A stretch of DNA of 64,000 nucleotides from Desulfobacterales bacterium (GTDB lineage Bacteria > Desulfobacterota > Desulfobacteria > Desulfobacterales > UBA5852), in NCBI GenBank assembly GCA_963674755.2, contig CAXXVS010000001.1:608001-672000 (forward strand). Reading direction: 5' to 3'. Made by a program: the position numbers and the translations under genes. Below are positions 58,602-64,000 of this stretch, piece after piece. Each line of letters opens with the position of its first letter. Position 1 is the first letter of the stretch. The notes beneath the pieces were generated by a model that worked only from the letters and a program-made list of their open reading frames with translations, did not search any database and was not told where the DNA came from.

Positions 58602-59183
58602 ATGAAAACCACCGAGTATCGTTGTGCTAAAGTGCCTGTCAAAGGTTCTGCAACTCTTGGAAATGAAGTGGTTAATCGGAGCGACGAAAAAGTGGCACGA
58701 ACTAAACAAACTTTAGATGCCCTCGACAATCGGATAATAGCGATGTTGGAACAAAACGGAAGGATCCCAAACACAGAGTTGGCCAAACAGCTTAAAACCT
58801 CTGAAACAACCATTCGGAAAAGAATCAAGAGACTCATCGATAACGAACTTATCAAGGTTGTAGCCGTAAGGAATCGAGCGACCTTAGGATATGATACAAA
58901 TGGTAATATCCGAATTGAAACTGATACCCGCAAGACACAAAGTATCGCAAATAAATTGGGCAAATTCAGTGAAATATGGTATATTGCCATTTTAGCTGGC
59001 GATGCAGAATTTGATATTGAATTCAGTGTAAAATCCCTCCACGATATGAAACTTTTGCTCGACAGGATTAACCGCATCGATGGGGTAATCAGAACCAGAC
59101 CTTCGATTCGGCTCCAAATGGTTAAACAACTAGGTGAATTTACAGCATTCACCAACCCTGCAATTAAAAAATCAACGAAATAA
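58602..59183 (+). CDS. Lrp/AsnC family transcriptional regulator
   Basis: LDALDNRII..L..NGR..ELAKQL..SETTIRKRIKRL; start uncertain. Confidence 0.9.
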   Translation: MKTTEYRCAKVPVKGSATLGNEVVNRSDEKVARTKQTLDALDNRIIAMLEQNGRIPNTELAKQLKTSETTIRKRIKRLIDNELIKVVAVRNRATLGYDTNGNIRIETDTRKTQSIANKLGKFSEIWYIAILAGDAEFDIEFSVKSLHDMKLLLDRINRIDGVIRTRPSIRLQMVKQLGEFTAFTNPAIKKSTK

Positions 59184-59869
59184 TTTCGAAATTCGAATTT
59201 TACCTTAAACGGCCTAAACGATTCCGTTCCAGCCCCCCTTTCCCTGACGTCTATCTAATACTTGAAGGACGCCCTCCCAAAAAGCATTATTTTCCATTGT
59301 TTCAATCAGTTATTATCTATTACCCTTTTTAGCGCCTATACCTTCATCCAAATCATCCCTGCAGGGTAAATACTAAATCGCTGTCCATTGCGAATGGGAA
59401 AATTGCGTTATTGTACGATTATCGTTTCTTTATAGGCTATATATGTTCGTTTTTCGGTAAATAATAGTTGACATTCGAATGGTTCGTTAATTATATGGGT
59501 GTTCGTGGCAGTGAATTTTTATGCCACGCATTTCCCAAATATGAGCGAAAGATCCTTCATTAGTAGCTCTGACAGCACATATGAAACGGTTCTTCTTTTG
59601 TATTATTTCCGAGAATACCGTTTTTTCGAACCCGTAGGCCTGAAAGGCTGTCATAGCAAAGCGCTATGCTATTTTTTGAAATTTTTTTTGTTTTCATCTT
59701 TCGTCTACTCGCCAATGTGTCTTTAGCCGAAAATTATCTAATCAATTTCTTTCAGCGGAAGAGTTTGCGGGCTATGCCTGCGGTTCTAAAATCTCGGCGG
59801 CCATAGACGGAGCTGTATCGACCACCTCTGTACGCATACTAATTTGTAAAAATAAGATCGGGAGGACTT

Positions 59870-61180
59870 ATGGACATTCCATCTACTACGGAGGTCTTGA
59901 AGAAGATTAGGGGTAAATCCATCGCCCGAGGATACGCCAGCGGCACGGCCACCTATGTGGATCATGCCCGGGGCGCGATGCTTTACGACATCGAGGGGCG
60001 TGAATACATCGACTTCGCCGGCGGCATCGCCGTGATGAATGTGGGCCACTCCCACCCCAAAGTCGTTGCGGCGATCCAGGATCAGGCGGCCAAATTTACG
60101 CATACCTGTTTCATGGTGCTGCCCTATGCCCCGGCCGTCGATCTGGCCGAGCGTCTCTGCGGGCTGGTCCCGGGGGACTTCGACAAAGCCGCCATGTTTA
60201 TCAACAGCGGCGCCGAAGCCGTGGAGAACGCCGTCAAGATCGCCCGCTACGCGACCAAACGCCAAGGCATCATCTGCTTCGACAACGCCTTTCACGGCCG
60301 GACGCTCATGGGCATGAGCCTCACCAGCAAGGTCAAACCCTACAAATTCGGTTTCGGCCCCTTTGCGCCTGAAATCTATCGCATGCCTTACGCCTACTGC
60401 TACCGCTGTCCCTTCGGGTTGCACTATCCGGACTGCCAGACGGCCTGTGCGGACCACCTGGAGTCGTTTCTGGTCTCTCATGTGGCCCCCGAGAACACGG
60501 CCGCCCTCATAGCCGAGCCGATTCAGGGGGAGGGCGGCTTTATCACCCCGCCGCCGGAATACTTCCCCAAACTGAAGCGCATCTGCGAGAAGCATGGCAT
60601 CCTGTTTGTCGCCGATGAGATCCAGACCGGCATCGGGCGCACCGGCAAGATGTTCGCCATGGAGCACTGGGGGGTGGCCGCGGACATGACCACGGTGGCC
60701 AAAAGCCTGGCTGCGGGGATGCCGTTGAGCGCGGTGGTGGGCCGCAAAGACATCATGGACAGCGTGCATCCCTCCGGCGTCGGTGGGACGTACGGGGGCA
60801 ATCCCCTGTCCTGCCGGGCGGCCCTGGCCGTGCTGGAGATCTTCGAAAGCGAAGATCTTCTGGCCAAAGGCCGTCTGCTGGGGGAGAAATTGCGGCAGCG
60901 ATTTGATGAGTTTCAGAAGCGATTCGAAATCATCGGCGAGGTGCGCGGCATTGGGCCCATGCTGGCCCTCGAATTGGTGGAAGACCGGGAGGCCAAGACA
61001 CCTGCCGGGGATGCAGCCAAGAAACTAGTGGCCTATTGCCATGAGCGGGGATTGATTATTCTTTCCTGCGGTCCCTATGGCAATGTGATTCGTTTTTTAA
61101 TGCCTTTGGTTATTACCGACGAACAACTTGAATGTGGTTTATCTATTATAGAAGACGGCTTTGAGTCCCTGAATGTTTGA
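59870..61180 (+). CDS. gabT: 4-aminobutyrate aminotransferase (class III PLP enzyme)
   Basis: DFAGGIA, NSGAEAVENAVKIAR, FHGRT, EPIQGEGG, DEIQTG, AKS, GGTYGGNP. Confidence 0.93.
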   Translation: MDIPSTTEVLKKIRGKSIARGYASGTATYVDHARGAMLYDIEGREYIDFAGGIAVMNVGHSHPKVVAAIQDQAAKFTHTCFMVLPYAPAVDLAERLCGLVPGDFDKAAMFINSGAEAVENAVKIARYATKRQGIICFDNAFHGRTLMGMSLTSKVKPYKFGFGPFAPEIYRMPYAYCYRCPFGLHYPDCQTACADHLESFLVSHVAPENTAALIAEPIQGEGGFITPPPEYFPKLKRICEKHGILFVADEIQTGIGRTGKMFAMEHWGVAADMTTVAKSLAAGMPLSAVVGRKDIMDSVHPSGVGGTYGGNPLSCRAALAVLEIFESEDLLAKGRLLGEKLRQRFDEFQKRFEIIGEVRGIGPMLALELVEDREAKTPAGDAAKKLVAYCHERGLIILSCGPYGNVIRFLMPLVITDEQLECGLSIIEDGFESLNV

Positions 61181-61520
61181 GATGACACGAATAAATAATA
61201 TTAAGGCCTGTTCGCAAGCCGATATCAAATACGAAATGGATCCGGATTGGTGCTATGTCGTAATCAGGGCTGCTACGAAATGGGAAATTAATATTGTTTT
61301 AAACACTGTTTCAAATCTTTCTACTGAATACGGCAGCCAGATCTGCATTAAAAAATTTTGCAGTGATAGCGTCTCTGGAGAATTAAAGGTGCTGATTCAG
61401 ATCGCTCCGAAACTTGCCGAAATCGCAAAGCATCAATTTCTTAACCAGAGTTTATTGCATTCGATTAGCGTAATTTTTTACGATCGCTTTCTATTCCAAA
61501 GGAGTAAAAAATGTCTATAG
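61173..61520 (+). CDS. Hypothetical protein
   Basis: ORF overlaps both neighbours by a few bases, suggesting translational coupling; no recognised domain. Confidence 0.5.
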   Translation: MFEMTRINNIKACSQADIKYEMDPDWCYVVIRAATKWEINIVLNTVSNLSTEYGSQICIKKFCSDSVSGELKVLIQIAPKLAEIAKHQFLNQSLLHSISVIFYDRFLFQRSKKCL

Positions 61521-62674
61521 CGAGCTTTGCTTTTGATTCCCCAACTCGAATTCTTTATGGTTCAGGAATGCTAACAAATCTCAATGATGAGATCGGAGGC
61601 TTTAGCGCAAAAAGAGTATTAATCGTAACAGATAAAGGAATCGCTCAATGTGGTCTTCTTGAAAAGGTTGAGAAAATATTAAAGGCTAAAAGCATTAGCT
61701 ATATAGTTTTTGATGATGTTGAACCCAACCCTAAAGATATAACGGTTGAAAAAGGCGCTAAAATTGCAGAACAGGAAAATATAGATCTTATAATTGGTTT
61801 GGGCGGCGGCAGTTCAATGGATTGTGCAAAAGGTATCGGACTGCTTGTAACGAATGGGGGCAAGATCGCCGACTATTGGGGGATCGATACTGTCGCCAAA
61901 CCTGCTTTGCCGCTAATTACCATCCCAACGACTGCAGGAACTGGAAGCGAAGTGACTTTCTGGGCCGTTATCGATGATACAACGAAAACGCCACCGGTTA
62001 AAGAAAGTGTCGGAAGCCGCCTGATATGCCCGAGTTTGGCAATCGTTGATCCGGAGTTGACATTCGGTCTTCCGCCTGCCCTAACGGCATCAACAGGGAT
62101 GGATGCTCTCACGCATGCTATAGAAGCGTATACATCTACCCTTGCCAATCCATTTTCGGATGCACTCTCCTTATATAGTATCAAGTTAATCGCTGAAAAT
62201 CTCCGCAAGGCTTATGCTAATGGCCAAAATAAAGCCGCCAGAAATCATATGATGATCGGCAGTTTAATGGCGGGAGTTGCTTTTTTTAATTCCGATATTG
62301 CCGGTGTTCATTGCATGGCAGAGGCTATCGGTGGCCTCTATGACACGCCACATGGAATTTCCTGTGCCATTTTTCTTCCCTATGTAATGGAATACAGCTT
62401 GATTGGAAATATGGAGAAATATGCCGAAATCGCCCGCGCGATGGGTGAAGATACATCCGGCTTAACGACTAGAGATTCAGCATTGAAGGCCGTTGAAGCC
62501 GTGAAAAAGCTTATGGTGGATATCGATACGCCTTCGCCTTTAGAAATCGGCATAAAACCTCATGATATCCAACAACTCTCTCAGATATCGGTCAAGAATG
62601 TTTCGGCGGCAAGTAATCCTCGGCAGTTATCAGTGAAAGATTTTGAAACGATTTTCAACAACTCAATGGCATAA
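61511..62674 (+). CDS. Iron-containing alcohol dehydrogenase
   Basis: GGGSSMD, PTTAGTGSEVT, GMDALTHAIE, H..PHG. Confidence 0.95.
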   Translation: MSIASFAFDSPTRILYGSGMLTNLNDEIGGFSAKRVLIVTDKGIAQCGLLEKVEKILKAKSISYIVFDDVEPNPKDITVEKGAKIAEQENIDLIIGLGGGSSMDCAKGIGLLVTNGGKIADYWGIDTVAKPALPLITIPTTAGTGSEVTFWAVIDDTTKTPPVKESVGSRLICPSLAIVDPELTFGLPPALTASTGMDALTHAIEAYTSTLANPFSDALSLYSIKLIAENLRKAYANGQNKAARNHMMIGSLMAGVAFFNSDIAGVHCMAEAIGGLYDTPHGISCAIFLPYVMEYSLIGNMEKYAEIARAMGEDTSGLTTRDSALKAVEAVKKLMVDIDTPSPLEIGIKPHDIQQLSQISVKNVSAASNPRQLSVKDFETIFNNSMA

Positions 62675-62686
62675 GGAGGGGCAGAG

Positions 62687-64000
62687 ATGGAAGCAGAAGT
62701 GGTTATGCAGAAGCCTGTCATCGCAGAATCCAGTGTCGGTTTAAAAGCAAACGCGATCAATTCGGTCTGGTTTACAACTATCTACGGCTGTTCGCTCATT
62801 TCACCTGGAATGTGCATTGGAGGAATTATCGGCTATGTGGCCGGGATGACAGGCTACACGTTAGTTTTAGCAATGCTTCTTGCGGGTATCGCCAACTATC
62901 TCTGGGTTGTGAATTATGCGAATCTTGTGCAAAAATTTCCGAAATGCGGGTGCCACTATACCTATGTTCGCGAAGGCTTAAATCCGGCTTTAGGCTTTTT
63001 TCTGGGATGGGGCGTCCTTCCCGTCTACATTTTTGCATGCGGCGCACATGTCATCGTTTTTGGCGGATATTTGCAATCTTTATTTCCCAGCATCCCCTTT
63101 CCTATTATAGCCATTCTTTACATGGTGATGATTACAGCAATCTCAATACGGGGTATCAAATTTACGACCTTAATTGGGGTTGTTTTGTTTTCAACTGAAA
63201 CCTTGATTGTTTTAGCGCTCAGCCTCACGGCTATTGGTGTAACTTGGCCAACTTGGTCTGAAGTCGCACCCCAGATGTTCCTGCCGCAGGCACCGTGGAC
63301 GTGGGGTACGGTCGCGATTGCAACTTCGGTATGTGTTTATAACTACATCGGATTCGCATCGATTACTGGCCTTGTTGAAGAATCAGATCCAAAACTGGTT
63401 AGCAAAGGTATGTATATTTCCGTGGCGATCGTCACAGCTATATACGTAATCGCGAGTATGGGGATTATTCTTGCTTGGCCGGACGCCGCGTCACTTGCAA
63501 ATGAAACGGAACCTTTGGTCAATGCTGGAAAAGTATTTTGGGATAAGTATTGGCCATTTGTTACGCTTGCTGTCTTGATCTCCACCACCACCTGCTCTCT
63601 GGCTTGTATCAACTTAGGAGCCAGAATGATTTATGACATGTCAAGAGACCAATGTCTGCCTTCATGGCTCGGCAAAATTCATTCAAAATATCAAACGCCA
63701 TGGTCCGCACTCGTTTTTTCAGCTGTCTTCTATGTGATCGCAGCCTTGTTTATCCCCTATATCTATCAAATTGAAGGCATTGTTTTTGTAATGCTTCTCG
63801 CTTATATCGGCGTAGCGTTTGCTAATATCCGAGTTAGCTGGAACGACAAAAGTCCCGTCAATACTACGCTAAATAAAATAATGCCGTCCCTGGGAATAGC
63901 TTTGGCAGTCTATTTGCTTCTTCAGACATCCAAAATGGGCTTTATGCTTGGAGGCGGTTGGATGGTATTTAGCGCTCTTTTCACTTTATACCTCTATATT
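62687..64000 (+). CDS. APC-family amino acid/polyamine permease, truncated by the window end
   Basis: AAGGAGG then ATG 62687: MEAEVV..GLKANA..FPKCGCHYTYVREGLNPALGFFLGW..YIGF..EE..; absent from the ORF track, consistent with no stop inside the window. Confidence 0.85.
   Translation, partial: MEAEVVMQKPVIAESSVGLKANAINSVWFTTIYGCSLISPGMCIGGIIGYVAGMTGYTLVLAMLLAGIANYLWVVNYANLVQKFPKCGCHYTYVREGLNPALGFFLGWGVLPVYIFACGAHVIVFGGYLQSLFPSIPFPIIAILYMVMITAISIRGIKFTTLIGVVLFSTETLIVLALSLTAIGVTWPTWSEVAPQMFLPQAPWTWGTVAIATSVCVYNYIGFASITGLVEESDPKLVSKGMYISVAIVTAIYVIASMGIILAWPDAASLANETEPLVNAGKVFWDKYWPFVTLAVLISTTTCSLACINLGARMIYDMSRDQCLPSWLGKIHSKYQTPWSALVFSAVFYVIAALFIPYIYQIEGIVFVMLLAYIGVAFANIRVSWNDKSPVNTTLNKIMPSLGIALAVYLLLQTSKMGFMLGGGWMVFSALFTLYLYI

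Overview
Mostly GC-rich bacterial chromosome segment; gene content (tetrahaem cytochrome c3, HdrA/MvhD/QmoC-like proteins, Hcp, sigma54 activators) points to an anaerobic Desulfobacterota-type organism (inference). Layout: (1) 1-15.1 kb housekeeping: phoH, a frameshifted 7TM-HD phosphodiesterase, ybeY, a pdxJ that has lost its catalytic residues, tsaE, lysC, cvpA, mazG, fba, cytochrome c3, tRNA-Tyr, tRNA-Glu. (2) 15.2-20.6 kb AT-rich accessory patch: DUF4238-like gene, SIR2-like/TIR protein, a Y1 (HUH) transposase inside inverted repeats, IS debris. (3) 20.6-38 kb: three minus-strand operons (ASKHA corrinoid activator/thioredoxin; TrxB/Acr3-like-Usp fusion/HesB selenoprotein/flavin disulfide reductase; DUF1638/atypical kinase/Usp). 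They share a variant sigma54 promoter (-12 = TGTA) and a phased GTAACG motif, and surround a Cys-rich PAS sigma54 activator. (4) 38-49.8 kb: a second Cys-PAS activator divergent from a TusA-like/TusA/MvhD/HdrA/HdrA/wHTH/QmoC-like/DsrE operon, then hcp. (5) 50-64 kb mosaic accessory region ending in an Lrp/gabT/Fe-ADH/APC permease locus that runs off the window. Best candidates for an undescribed system are (3) and (4). All family assignments are by motif recognition, not database search.
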